A DNA stretch of 55,474 nucleotides, filler included, from Sphacelaria rigidula (GCA_964200075.2; 5 parts of 5 records of this genome joined end to end with filler, not necessarily neighbours in it); one strand, 5' to 3'. Positions 35,860 to 49,216 are shown, numbered from the whole stretch's first letter. Program-made: numbers and translations. Notes: a model not told the origin generated them from the letters alone.

Positions 35860-38800
35860 CCCAACTGATGTTCGCGAGCGTGGGGCGGGGGACCGGGGCA
35901 GGGATGATGATAGCGATCAAGGCCGCGCCCCGGGAGGAGGAGGTGACGACCGCCACGTGCATCCCGTGCTGTGACGAGATGTTGTTCTTCACTGTCTGTC
36001 CTATTCTGTTCTGTTTTTACTCCTCTTTTTTAAGCATGAATATATGACTGTGCCGTCTACTGCTAGCTTCAAGCCAAGATGCGTCACCGCGCATACACGA
36101 TACTACACTGGACGCAGTATCACGCTTTCCTTAGACACTGGAGTACGAAAATGCAAGGTATATGCGTACCTAGAGCGATATCAGGATCAGGTAAGGTGCC
36201 GTAGCTGTCCTGGCGGATGTCAAGTTCGTGCCCTGTCATACGTACATGCATACCTATGTGAGCACATGAACGTCACTTTGCGTCAACATCTAAAACGGGT
36301 TTACTCCCCTCCTGTCGCGTACGGTGTGACGGTGTGCTGTCTCTGCCCTGCCGTGTGGCGTCCAGTACGAACGTGAGACCACCAGGAGGGAGATCAGGGC
36401 TCTCAGGGAACTAAAGGGGCACCCCTTCATTGTATCGTACCTGGGTCACTGCACGGCCCCGACGAAGTAAGTGTGGCGTACTATTCCGGCACTTGCTCAA
36501 TTGTTGGACGATGGTCATTTGCATTCTCATGATTTTGGTTACTCTACGGCAGTCCTAGTGTTGGTCTGCGACGCGCTGAGGTCGAGTTGGAAATTTCCTT
36601 AAATTGCAAGAAATACGATCAATGGATGAACATGAGGTCGAGATAATCCACTAGAGTATTTCGTAGTCATATATAGAAGGAAAGAGACAGTGGACTCCAT
36701 GTACACAGAATATGCATATGTAAAAAAACAAAATAGCGAAGCCCCAAAAAACAAAACGGGAGGTTAGATCCTCTCCCGCAGGAACACAAGAAAAGGTTAA
36801 ATAAGTGCCGTGGCGTCGTCTAGACGTGGAAAGAAAAGCAGTGGCTTGGTATGCAAGTAGTTCGCTCGGCGATGTGATACTCTGCTGCGGCACAGTACAA
36901 GATACAGTAATGCATAATGACTGTCAACCTCGGTGTCACTGCCAATCGTCCCACACGTCTACATAAGACGGGACTATACACACCGTCCACCTAGCCACGG
37001 GGCGATAAAAATGGTAAAGTTGTGATCGCTCGATCTGCGGCCGAAAGTGAGGCTCGTGGTTCCCCCTCGTCGGGTCTCGATCTGATAGTAGCACCTTTGC
37101 ACACGTCGGACGAGTCATAACTCGTCGAAACGCGTGCACTCGTTGATGTTTTTTGAAAACACAACGAGCACGACTCGTGTGCTCGAGTCATAACTTTTTT
37201 CACAACGAGCAATGACTCGTGTGATCGAGTCATTTTGTTTTCTTCTGTACAACGAGTAATGATTCGTTTGTTCGAGTCATTTTTTTTCACAACGAGCAAA
37301 GACTCGTGTGCTCGAGTCATCTATAACTTTCACAACGAGCAGTGACTCGTGTGCTCGCCCTGTGAAGGTACTACTCGAGAGATACTCTCCGCCTCTTCAG
37401 TAGAACTCTGATCTCTGTGTGCGTGGGAGGGGGGGGCAAGAGGGTGCTTGGATAAAATGAAAATGGGATTTGGAGCTTGACACTTGTACATGCGCAGATA
37501 TGCTTATGAACTCGAAGATTCTAGGCTCAAGATCGTCAAAGAGCTCATCATAATGATTTGCTCGTCGGATTGCTGACTCCTCCACTCAAGTCGTTCATCA
37601 CGAGCAATGACTCGAGTGATCGAGTCATTTACTTCTCCACGTGTAGCAATGACTCGAGTGCTCGCCCTATCATTTTTTTCCACAACGATCAATGACTCGC
37701 GTGCTCGCCCTATTATTTTTTTCCACGAAGAGGAATGACCCGCGTGCTCGCCCCAAATATTTTTTTCCACAACGAGCAATGACTCGAGTGCTCGCCCTAT
37801 TGTTTTTTTCCACAACGAGGAACGACTCGCGTGCTCGCCCTATTCATGTTTTCCACAACGAGCACTGACTCGAGTGCTCGCCCTGTTCATGTTTTCCACA
37901 ACGAGCAATGACTCGAGTACTCACCCTATTACTTCGTATGGCCAATGAGCAGCCCAACGAGTGCGAGTGCCACGAGTCATACTCGTGCTCGTCCGACGTG
38001 TGCGGCTTTGTTCGGACTGCGCTTACCCTAGCACGCTTCGGAGTGGTGCATATCCCTCACGGGGGAGCAAGAAGCTAACTCTGCAAAGTGGGGGCTGCAC
38101 GAGGGCCCATTCCATTCTTTTTTAAAACTCAAGTTTTGATTGAGTTTTTGGTTGCGTCTCTCCTGCCCCCCTCTGTGAAAGATGTGGAAATATTTGCGGG
38201 GTCGCTTCCGAAAGTGAGATTTTTCCTGACCATTATTCCTCTATCTTACGCGCTCTGATGTTGTTGTTATTCCCTGCGTGGACTCGACCGTTCCTCTATT
38301 GTGGATGGTGCTCCTACGTGTCATCGGACACACTGCCATCCCAATACTGTACCAGGACGTGCATATACATGGCCGGAGCGGATATGGACCTGACGGGCGC
38401 TGCAGTGAGTGTATCGTTTCAACGTTCGCCGAATAAGAGGAAAGAAGTGTCGTGTCACTGACGTGGGCTTCTTGTGCTGGCTTTGTGTGGGCTTGTAATT
38501 GTAAGCACATACAGGCCGATGTGTTGTGAAGCGTGTTCTGTTATATGTATCCTGCCAGCTTTGTTCGCTGTTTGTGATATGTGAGATGCAGCCTGGCTTA
38601 ATGTGGGATGCGTTTTCCACACACTTGCGACAAGACAGGCTCTGCTTCCTATTCTTCCACATGTATGTATAATGGTACTCACTGGCCATGGTACTCTCTT
38701 CGCCACTTTAGCATGCGTAGTCAGCTGTCTCTGTCCCGCACGAGGCCTCTCGGTCGACGCCATATTCCCTGCGAGGTACTTCAGGATGAAACGTAAAAAA

Positions 38801-41800
38801 CATTCACGTGGTTCTCGTGTTGGTCTCCGCTGCCGTATGGGTATCTTGATCCATATGAGCAGCTTGATTCGCAGATTCACACGTTTCTCATGTCTGCCAA
38901 TTGCACAGTTTCCACTCAGCATTGCTTGTCCCGTTGCTGCTATCATTTTTTCGTGTGTCTCGTGTTTGACATGTGTTTCATCACCGAATTTGATGTTCGA
39001 ATTGCGAAGACACTGACGGCTAGTGACCCGAGGGCGCACAAGTGGACGGTTCAGCTGCTCTTCGCCTTGCAGTACATGGCAGAGAAACGCATGGTGCACA
39101 GGGACATCAAGCCGGAAAACGTCCTGCTCCGCCACGGTAAGTGAGACCGACCTCTACCACCACATGCATTGTGTGTGCTACTTGTTGTGTTTTGTTCCGT
39201 TTTGTTTTGTTGTGCAAAGTAAGCATAAGTTTATCTTCAAATCGTTGTTGCGGTGGACAACCGTACTTTACTGTACTGTTGTATAGAGATAGCCAGACAT
39301 GATACCTTTCTTCCCCGTTCCCGTTGATAGCCCCATGGCGCCTTGTTTCGCTTTGTCTTCATCTTTTTCGCTACAGTACTGCTCCATTTTTCAAAGCCAA
39401 CTCGTTGATGTATTTATTGGCTTGAGCATGCAGTGCCCTGTGGTTGAGGCAATGCGATTTGACATGAGGCCAAAGGACGTCTCCAAACCTACCTGCAGTT
39501 TCGAGCCATTATGCAGTCTCTTTCGTGAACCACCAGTCGCCGGCAGAGATTTCGTGAATCCCGGGTGGTACAGTACAGTATTAACAACATTTTCGCCTGA
39601 TTGAGAGGATAGCTTTTGATTGAGAGCGAGCTTTTAATATACATGGTCACGTTGTTTCATGTGCTCCTGTTGAAGGATGACATACTGATATTGTTGAATA
39701 TCAGGTGTGAAGTAGTGATACCGATTCAACATATTACCCACCTTAGCGGTCAAAAGATTCATTTGGACGACGTTACCGAAGACGATACGCACGACACTCG
39801 ATCTCGATTCGATATTCCACGGCTTTTGTTTCGGCCAGAGTATGCGAGTGAGCGATGAACGCAAGGAACGGCAGTGCAGTAGAGAGTAAATACACTACGA
39901 CGGTAGTGCAGGTTCTAGTACGCAACGAACATATATGTCGCAAGAGTGCGGTTCAGCAACGGGCAAAAACAGCAGTCTCCGTGTCTTTTTCGTGAAACAC
40001 TCGTGGTCTAACAGGTTGACCAGAGCAGGATGAGGTGCGTAGTCGTTACACACAAGCCAGCATTGGGTATTCCCCTGGCGCCAACTTCTCAATACAGCAG
40101 AAACTACACAAAGCAACAAGGAGATACTGGAATAGGTTGGCCCACGAACCCGTTCGCGAATGAAGTGTTGGGTGAGGTGCCCTGCTTCATTCAACGTAGG
40201 AAAAACAAAGCATACGGTTGCTCTACCACAACACTTCCTTCCTGCACCTGCAGTATACCCATACTGCGGAAAAGCTACCGAACACACCGAAGCAAGTTTT
40301 TTCTACTGTTGCAGCCACTCATTTAGACGAACGCTCTGCTTTCTCGAGAGAGCTCAGGTTAGAGTCGCACATGTGTGGTGTGTACTCGTATGTTTCTCGA
40401 GAGTGGTGTGTGGCGCATGATGTGTGGTGCGAGTTGTTGTGTGTTGTGTGTTGTGTGTTGTGTGTTGCGAGAAGTGTGGGTGGTTTGGGCCGGTTGAGGA
40501 ACAGAAGGGACCCCGCAGCAGCTGAAATGACACCCAAAAAATGGGGCCAAATGTCGAAGAGACTCGATAATCGAAACACGTTACTCCATACGGATTCGAA
40601 TCGATGAATATGCGCTTTTCAGCCGCTGCATCATTCCGACTCGCAGAATCGACGATTTAAATGGCGATCTATTTTGCAAATTCAATACCGATCTTCAAAC
40701 ACGGATAGGAGGACATCAATTATCAAAACATTTCTCTTAATAATGCGCCGCTGTACACTGAACAGGTAATGATTACGTGTCACGCATAAAAAATGCCATG
40801 CATGCGAAAAATTTTCTTCCGGCCGATACGTTGCAAGCGAGTGCAGGGTATTGACCCGTCGTGACTAAAAAAATCGCATATCGGCATTTGCTTGCTTTCG
40901 GGGTGTAGTACGAGCTAGGCCAGCCCAGAGAAGGTGTGAATCTCGCTCAGGCGACGCACGGCGCAATATTAGGAGTTGAACGCTGAAATTTTGACAGCAG
41001 CTTTTCATGATCGAAATGTAGAAGATCACGTCAGCAGCAAAGAAGGAAAAAAAAGAAGTTATGGGCAATTGAAATTTCAGCAAAAAAAAGATAATGCCAT
41101 GAGTCCAGGAAAAAAAGGAGAAACTGCAGCTGCTCACGTTAAGTATCAGTTCCTTGAGTGCAGAAGGTCTACCTGAAATTTCAGCTCGAGAGTCGTCGAA
41201 TTAGGTCGTGCGTTCAAGGTTTTCCGTGACGCTTCTGCACCCCTATAAATCAAGTGATGGGAGACTCCAATTATGGAGGTCATGAGATCGAATCCCGACA
41301 GATTCTCTTTTTTTTTCGTCCGTCGTTAAGGTCATACATTATGCAGTGCATTTTTTTCACTTTTTTTCTTGATTCAGCGGCGGTGCCGTGTGTCACCAGG
41401 TTGGTCTACACTTCACAGTGTTATGCTTACATCGGGTCCATTCGGGAAACTGGGAAAGCTGTGGTGTGAGCAACTTTTAGCAGTTTGTAAGCTTGCCCAG
41501 CTCGTATGTATCCAGCGACTGACTCTTCAGAATTTTTAACCGTTTGACCGCCGGGGTTGGTAATCAGTATCGCGTAAAAACGTCTTGAAGGGAAACTGAT
41601 GCCGATTCCACAAACGGCTGAAACGCCCTCTCTCGGTCAAAATCTTCATTCTCAATCTGGCGAACAAATTGTCACAATATATATAATATATATATATATA
41701 TGTATATATATATGTGTGTGGTGTAGCAAGCACTTTGCCACTTACTTGTTCATCACTTCTTTGTTATCTCTAACGTTTTTTGCGCGTGGTTTACAATCAT

Positions 41801-43653
41801 GGCGATGATACTGCATCCTGTCAGACAACATCAAGCTCGCCGACATGGGCTTCGCGACAACGCTCACGGACGACAACCCTACGCTCACCACCTTCAAAGG
41901 CACCGCGGTGAGGCTGCCAAGCACCAACGGTAAAACATATTGCCCAAGGAAGGACACCCTCCGCGGCACATTTCACTATATCTTGATTTCGAGATGAAGA
42001 CGACGACAGCAACGTGATGAAATCCCTCTCCTCTTGCATTTTTTCCCTTCTTCTTTCATTTTGTGGTCGGTGTCGATAGATATTGATCTTGTTATTTTGT
42101 TCATCGTGAGGGCTCATAATTTTTTCCCTTGTTTCTTCTTCGAACTATCAACGCCTGCAGTGTGCTGGACAACCAGCTTTCCCCCTGGTGGTGTGTTTCT
42201 TGCTGTACACAATAAGAGCGGGCTTGTTGTACTGTAGTGCGTGAGAGGACCGCGTGCTTAGAGGACCGCATCGGAATTTGAACATCCCTATGGTTAGGGT
42301 TAGGGTTAGGGTTAGTGCTAGGGTTAGTGCTAGGGTTATGGTCAGGGACGTGGTACGTGCAGGGACTGACTCGATTGGTTCTGAAAAACGTCGATGCTGA
42401 GGTGTTTTGAACTGCGGCGCGGTCCTCTAAGCACGCGGTCCGCTCACGCATTACACCACTGCAGCATGCGCAATAACGACCATATATTTTTTTGTCACGA
42501 CTTATTCTGCTATGTCGCTTTTTGCGACCCCTCTTTCTTGTTTCTGTTCCTTCTTTTTTCTCAGAGCGTGTTTCAGTTTCGTTTTTCTCGGGTACGTCTA
42601 TCATGAGACCACGGCTGGACCCCTGGGGGATCAGTTAAAGTGCGACAATCAATCAATCAATCAATATGTTGTGTTTACTATGTATGTCCACTGAACCACT
42701 GTGCACAGCAGGTTCACGTTGCACGACCGCATGCTGAGTGAAATACGAAAGAGATATACAAACGACACACTGTAGCGTCGTGCGGACTCTACGTACACAT
42801 ACACACACACACACACTCGGTCATTTCCATCGTCCTGGTTGTTTTCGCGTCGTCGCCTCCGCGTTTGCCTCTCCTTGTCGATAAACACGCTCTCCATGCG
42901 CATGTGCATACCGACTGCAACGAATTTCAGGGATACATGGCACCCGAGGTTGTGCTGCGCCGCAGCCACAGCTACCCGGTGGACATGTGGGGTTTGGGCA
43001 TGGTGGTATTCTACATGCTGCACAGCAAGTCACCATTTTGGTAAGTGTCTCACCATGTTCCAAGATTTTCATAGGATAACGCCAAAAAAGCCAGAAAAAA
43101 TAGATGGCGCCGTAAGGACTTTACAGAGCGCGGCCATACATTGGTGCCCTCGAAGATTAAGTGCTCTTGGCGTGAAGAAGAGGGATCAACAATATACTGA
43201 CTGCAATAATCATATCCAAGACTGCGGTTGAAGCGACATGTGATACGTTCCCAAGCGAATCTGTGCTGTATGTGGGCATTTTTGGCAGATGAAGTGGTCA
43301 TGTACGTGACCGGTAAGGTACTGGGAGCATCTACAGGTTAATCTGAAAGAAAAGCGTTGCGTAAGTCAGTATTACCCTGTTTCGGGGTATATATTGACAT
43401 GCGTGCTGCGGTTACCAAGAAACTCCTTGCATCTGATCAGACCAGTTTGTGCTCGAAAGCCAGCATGATGTCACACCACATCGTTTCTGCTTACGGAATT
43501 GACTGAAACAGGCCTGGAGGCACGGCGTCGCCAGATGACTTCTCGGACGCACGCTGGGTCGAGCAGGAGACACAGAACGTCTTGACGGGCACCTTCGTCA
43601 CCCGGATCGCGACACCCGCCATCTCTTCGGGCTGCGGAGATCTCATCCTGAAG
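35860..43653 (+). CDS. Ser/Thr protein kinase catalytic domain, 3' incomplete; exons 35860-35942, 36366-36466, 38356-38404, 39010-39136, 41825-41907, 42931-43040, 43512-43653
   Basis: All introns are GT-AG and phase-consistent. Subdomains in order: MIAIK (II), RREIRALRELKGHPFIV (III-IV), IYMAGADMDL (V), VHRDIKPENVLL (VIb), IKLADMGFA (VII), GTAGYMAPE (VIII), VDMWGLG (IX), ISSGCGDLILK (start of XI). The contig ends before the subdomain XI Arg. Confidence 0.93.
37100..38002. mobile_element. TIR element in a kinase intron carrying ~42-bp tandem arrays
   Basis: Perfect inverted repeat GCACACGTCGGACGAG (37099-37114 / 37988-38003); degenerate 8-bp flanks CACCTTTG/CGGCTTTG; arrays of CACAACGAGCAATGACTCG.GTGCTCG at ~37110-37360 and ~37595-37935. 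Confidence 0.8.
41237..41472 (+). mobile_element. tRNA-derived SINE family 2 (copy 1, kinase intron)
   Basis: Colinear with 48731-48962 (GGAGGTCATGAG.TCGAA.CCCGAC; ATTCAGCGGCGGT.CCGTGTGTCACCAGGTTGGTCT.CACTTCACAG); B-box-like head. Confidence 0.7.
41536..41675 (-). mobile_element. piggyBac-type MITE end
   Basis: TTAA|CCGTTTGACCGC...TGATGCCGATTC, the reverse of the layout at 20085-20176. Confidence 0.55.
42233..42455. mobile_element. Inverted-repeat element enclosing interstitial (TTAGGG)n
   Basis: ~37-bp inverted repeats TGTAGTGCGTGAGAGGACCGCGTGCTTAGAGGACCGC (2 mismatches); TTAGGG run with TTAGTG/CTAGGG variants at ~42292-42347. Confidence 0.8.
42599..42666 (+). mobile_element. Retroposon 3' end with (CAAT)n tail
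   Basis: Matches 32795-32860. Confidence 0.7.
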
Positions 43654-44361
43654 GTACGTTAAGTCAGGATTCGCACTAGCCCCTTTGAACAGACCCGCGG
43701 TTGAAATATGAAAGATCTCACACGCAAGACAAAGACAAAGCGTAGGTACATCCACTCTGGAGTGGGCTACAATAGCTGCACATGCAGGTCGTGTCGCCCC
43801 TCACACTAGACCTACCCTAGGTACGAGGGTGTACACTTGGGTACAATTTTGGCAACGTGCGGGTACGAGACTCGTACTGTATTTCGAGGTGGACTTCCAA
43901 GAACACTCTTCGTGAGGAGGGGGGAAACTCGCGCCTTGGCATGTTTTCATCAAATAATCCAATCGTGAAAAAAACGTGGACGCGTCTTATGGGATGCGTG
44001 TGTCATACCGAGACCGTTTTCGTGGGGTACAAACCAAAAGGGCTGTTAAAGTCAATGTCAATGTCAGTAATGGTGGGTGTTTTTGGGATGCGCCTGAGGA
44101 GGCCTGTATCACTAAAGCGTTACGGCGGGAGAGGGTGTGATGATGTTTATGCCGTCTCACGCCGGTGCCTGCGCTTTTGCCGTAAAACAATAGTTCGTGT
44201 ACCACAAAGTAATAACAGTAGGAGATACGTTGTACGTGTTGTTGGTTGCAGGTTTGTTTGTTTTTCCTCCCGCCGTACTCTCAATTCCCCCCCTCCCCCC
44301 TCTCAGGACGCGTTTTTTTGCGGTAACCATGATGGTAGTCGAGCTAGATCATGTTGTGCGG

Positions 44362-44461
44362 NNNNNNNNNNNNNNNNNNNNNNNNNNNNNNNNNNNNNNN
44401 NNNNNTTAATTAATTAANNNNNNNNNNNNNNNNNNNNNNNNNNNNNNNNNNNNNNNNNNNN
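44362..44461. other. Artificial contig-joining spacer
   Basis: N44-TTAATTAATTAA-N44. Confidence 0.97.
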
Positions 44462-44531
44462 AGCGGGTTGTTTCACTCACTGCTCTCTGCACCGTTGATG
44501 CGGTCATCTTGCGCTCGGGTCGGCCCGCCTC

Positions 44532-46120
44532 CGGGGGCGGGGGGGGGGGGGGGGGGGGGGTAATCATATTTTGCTTGCCCAAGTCATAGACCACTCATCC
44601 CTTTCGAGATGGAGCACCGTTCTTACTCCGAATAGACACCTCCAACTTTCGGGAGCTAATTACGCTTCTTCCATACATTACACAGAAAGCTCTTCCGTAT
44701 CGTATCTTCGTCCTGTTTCGCCGTCTGTAGCCACTATTTATCTCCTAGTATTGCCATCATTTTCGCGGTACTGTCTAATACATCAAACGATTTCATATTT
44801 TACGTCAAGGTATGTATACTGGTCGACGATCGGCTATTCCTCTCCTCCCCACTTCCATTTGAACTCTATCGGGTTATTCTAATCTTCGTCACATACAAGT
44901 ACCGCGCATTTGTTTACGTTCGCTGTCACTCTCCATTTCCTGGTGATTTCTAGCGCCTTCTCTATTTGCTTTTGCAATCCTTCTGGTTCTTGGTTGCCCA
45001 CGAAATCACCCGCGAACATCAATTATGATGGCGTATCTCCCCCCACCTTGATCCCTTGCTTTACTTCTGCTATTGCTATTGTCAGATCATGAATGAACGC
45101 CATGTGTGAAGTAGGTGATGAAGAACATCAGTGTGCAAGTTCTTGTACGTTGTCAAAATATTTCGATATTTTTCTTGTCTAGCATCATATCACTTTTGGA
45201 AGTTTCTGTCATCTTCTTCACCATCCTCCATACTTTCCCTCCTATGCCAGTTTTTCACAGCCCATTTCACAATACCGTCATGGGTCTTCTGTACGTCTAG
45301 AAATAAACAGTACGTTGTTAGCCCGGCGGCTTTCCTACCTCGAATGATCTTCTCTAATGTATACACATTGTGTACGCAGCTACGTTTCGTTTTAAAACCT
45401 GCTCGCCCCTCGCCGATTTTTCTTCCATTCTCCAACATCGTTCCCACTCTAACGTGAAGAACCTTCGTCTTGTAGAACGTCTGCCCTACGGTGCTCAGTA
45501 AGTAACGTTAGCCCTCTATAATTCTCTGGGTCAGCCACGTCTTCTTCCTTGAAAAGGTTGGATACTTCTCCTTCTCTTCACCTCTTGGATGTGTACTCGC
45601 TTCCCCAGATCCAGTTATACAGCATAGCCATCAAGGCAATCACTCCCTCTCCCCCGTACTTGAGAAACTCGTTCACTTTTTGTCTGTCCCTGCGGCCTTT
45701 CTGCTCCCAAGTTTAGCTACATACTTTTTTACTTCCTCTCTTGTGAACACTCTCTGTAATTCTGTTGAGCCATCTTGATTGGATGCTTCTACATTTGCCT
45801 TTGCCCACGTGTTCATTTTTCTCCAATTTCGCGTCAAACCCCTCGTTAGTTGTTGGTGTCCCTAGTTTTCGGTAGCGCTCCTCTTTCCCCCTCGAACTAC
45901 CAATCGTTTTACCCTTCTGTACCCCTAGGGTAGCTATCTATCCCTCTGTCCGTCTCTCCTTCTTATGTCCCCGTTATCCTTTTTATCCCCACCCACGTTT
46001 GCTTCATGCCGCCATCGAAACCTTCATTTGTTTTCTTGCCTAGGACGGGCCATCCTACATTTGTTTTACTCGATATATATCTTGCGTGGGCCTCTCTCCT
46101 TACTCTTATAGCCTCTTCAA
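44532..46120 (-). mobile_element. Degenerate RTE-like LINE reverse transcriptase, ending in a C-rich tail
   Basis: Minus-strand motifs: NYRGLTLL (~45500-45525), AGFKTKRSC...YTLEKII...CLFLDVQK (45290-45405), LMFAGDFV (FADD-like, ~45000-45023), NVNKC, YTYLD (~44805-44820). Frameshifts and stops are present. Confidence 0.85.
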
Positions 46121-46299
46121 CTTCCTCATCCCGGGGGGGGGGGGGGGGGGGGAAAGGGGGGGGGGGGTGTTGAAGGGGGGCCTTGGGGGGTGTGTTGTCC
46201 CGTGTGGCCCGCTCCCGGCCCGCCCGTTCCAGGGGNNNNNNNNNNTTTTTCTCTTGGTTCGGTTCCTCGTCTTCTCTAGTCTCTTGCGTCCTCGCCCCC

Positions 46300-46335
<36 letters not shown>

Positions 46336-48730
46336 AAGGGAAGCTGAGATGTTCAAGGAGGACCTTGGAGTTGGTTGTATCCAGTGTGGCCAGTCCTAGG
46401 CCGTCCGCTTCATAGAGGGAAGGAAAACGATGGCAGTCAAGTGCGCCTCATCAGTAAACATCCAGTCAAACCACATCTAGTCTGAGGGGTTTTGTGGTGT
46501 GTGGTGGAAGCGTGCGTAATTTGCGGAACCCTGTCAAGATATGGCACAACTGCAGCCGTACTGCTTGTGACTTGTTTGCATAGCTTGTGAAAACTGGATG
46601 GTTCACACAACGGAGATCCCACCGAAGCCACCCAACTGCTTGAGGCGTCGCGGCATCACATAGGGAGGGTCAGTCAAAACTACATGCAGCTCTGGCACCC
46701 TTCAGAGGTGTTGTCACATGGTGACTCGTGCTTCCACCGTTGCAGATATGGCTAACAAGCACAAGGGAACGCAACGCTTAGGACAACACAATGGGTACGC
46801 TTTCAATAATGTGTGCTTTATATGCAGGTCCATCATACATCCAAGTAAATGTGAAGAATTTGTCCCAGAATAAACCCGGTCCGGTTCGTGCTAGGTTCCA
46901 ACTATGGGTTCCTGTCAAAACGAATACGCAGCACTCAGGCAAAACGCAATCCGATAAAATTGCCTGTGAAAACTTCTATTTCCAAAGGCTTTGCATCATG
47001 AGTACGTCACCTGATTGGACATCTATCGCAACCTCTGGCGCAATCGGACCCATCGATGGCGTGAACTCCTTCGCCAATGGGTTGGTTCCCTCCATGGAGA
47101 GTCGTCTGCTCAAACACACACGAATATTTCAGGGAAGTCGTACAAAGGCACCGGGTTGTCTTCCGCAGTGAATCACGTGAGTCAAGCGCTGGTAGGCCTC
47201 AAGGTGATCATTTGAACATTCCCGCACACACTACAGAAGGGGACGGCTTGCATGTGGGTGTTAAAACAGTATTGAATACGAGCTACTAACATTACATATA
47301 CATGTTTCAGATCGGGTACTGTGGGTGGTTTTGTTAAATACAAAGTTTTGATATATCGACTACGCCAGCTGACAGTGATTTTTTAACGAAGAGTGGAGAT
47401 GCCATTGGCAGTTCGAAGATTTAGGCGCTGAAATATTGACACAACACTTCAATCATCAACCTGTGCAACCCTATTGGGGGTGGGGAAAAAAAGGCAAGTT
47501 AGAGCGAGTTGAAGTTTAGGCAAAAACAGTAAAAATGCTATAAACTCCTCAACCTTTTGGGACTAAAGCTCAGTAACAAGGGGTTCACCATGTATTAGTA
47601 AACTAATAATGAACAAGTCGGGGAGCAACCTGCCCAATCAGGGCGAGGCGAAATTTATCCACCACATACGAACAACCAGTGGGGGGGGCTGTCGCCGGGA
47701 GTCATGTCAATGCCACGTTGGTGCGTGTACCCTGTCCCTGGCCCACGAGAAAGCCTTCGAAGCAAAAGAAAGCCCCAAGTGGTCGGGACTCGGTTTCCCG
47801 ATTTTTGTCATAATTTACTTGCATTTTATATTAGTCCGAACTCCACTCCCCCGATTTTTTTGGCTCACTATCCTATAGTAAAACCTAGTTGATTACACTA
47901 AGAATACTGCTCGGGGGAAATTCGGGAATAAATGTACCCTACTAAATATTTGGTCATGTTCACAAGGCGACTGAATCTGGCAACGCTGTGGGACTAGAGA
48001 CGGAGCTAGAGGCATGAGTTCTGCGTATCCCTCTCTCGAAGCGGTACAAGCGGCGGTGAGGTCGTATGTAATCGAAGGTAACGAACAAGCTGTGTATAGG
48101 CAGCTAATCTCCGTCGCGAAGAACTGCCCAGAACATGTGAGGGAGTATGCATCGGCAGCTGCTGCTGCATTCGAAAAGGCGTGCTGCTCTGTAACTGTAT
48201 CTGCGGCGCAACGCCCATGCCGTTCGAAGAGAATATGCCGCTTGTAACACAGAGGGAAATCGTGGCCCACCCCGACCACAAAGGGCTCTGTGGTGAGGTG
48301 ATGGGGACAATATCCAAGGACACAAGTCGCGGGCGGCGCTTGCCACATCCTGTTGAAAGCTCTCCACGACGACTCATACTGCTTGATACATCTGTACAAT
48401 ACCGGATGCACATAACACCCGAATTTTAGTACAGAGAGTTTGTTCCTACACCTGAAAATAGATTGGATAAAACTTTCGGTCTTCATCTAAACCTGCGTGT
48501 ACGTGGATATTTAGCAACATGAAGCCACTGTTCCATACATATGCAGGACACGTCATTCCTAACCAGCCTCATTGGTCGTTGTGGGGGCCCAGTCCGAAAA
48601 GGGTTCAAGTACGATAAAAACGACGAGAACGTTCCAAGACATACGGGCACTCGCGTCAACGACATTCTGGTAGTTTCGGCCAAAAGTACCTCAAATTGGG
48701 CGCGGCATCGCAATATCGTGTGACACGGTC

Positions 48731-48962
48731 GCGCCCCTTAAATTCAAGTGATACACAAGATTTCAACTACGGAGGTCATGAGTTCGAACCCCGACTTCTT
48801 TTTTTTTTCGTCTGTCGTTAACGTCATATATTATGCATTACATTGTTCTTTCTTTTTTCCATTCAGCGGCGGTACCGTGTGTCACCAGGTTGGTCTGCAC
48901 TTCACAGCGATGTGCTCAAGTCGCGTTCATTTGGAAAACTGGAGAAGTTGTGGCGTGGAAAG
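48731..48962 (+). mobile_element. tRNA-derived SINE family 2 (copy 2)
   Basis: GAGTTCGAACCCC B box; colinear with 41237-41472. Confidence 0.7.
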
Positions 48963-49216
48963 CGACTGCGGGATTTACTACTGGCCCCGCTCGTACTGCG
49001 TACCACCATTCTTGGAGCGAACAAGAAAAATGTCACAGGACACAGCTTTCGAGAATTTGCTTTCACCGAAACAGAAAACAAAATCACCTGATAAACTGTG
49101 TACGCTGTGGGCGCAACGAGCGTCTTCAGTTCGGCGGTGAACTTGTATGCCTTCAAAACGAGAAAAATTGCACAACAAAAACCATATGCGGGCAGTGAAA
49201 CCTGAGAAGGTGCCAA

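Noticed and set aside
37110..37935. Regularly spaced ~27-bp repeats resembling a CRISPR array
   Set aside because: Intervening sequences are short, homologous T-rich tracts rather than unique spacers; no cas genes; eukaryotic intron; enclosed by TIRs.
46690..47289. Exon-like pieces (QRLGQHNG, PDWTSIA) resembling an AGC-kinase C-terminus for the gene ending at 43653
   Set aside because: They lie on a different contig across an artificial spacer, and joining them needs an implausible 25-nt intron.
47893..48486. Overlapping 197-aa (-) and 77/82-aa (+) ORFs
   Set aside because: No recognisable motif or consistent splice model; cannot support a call.
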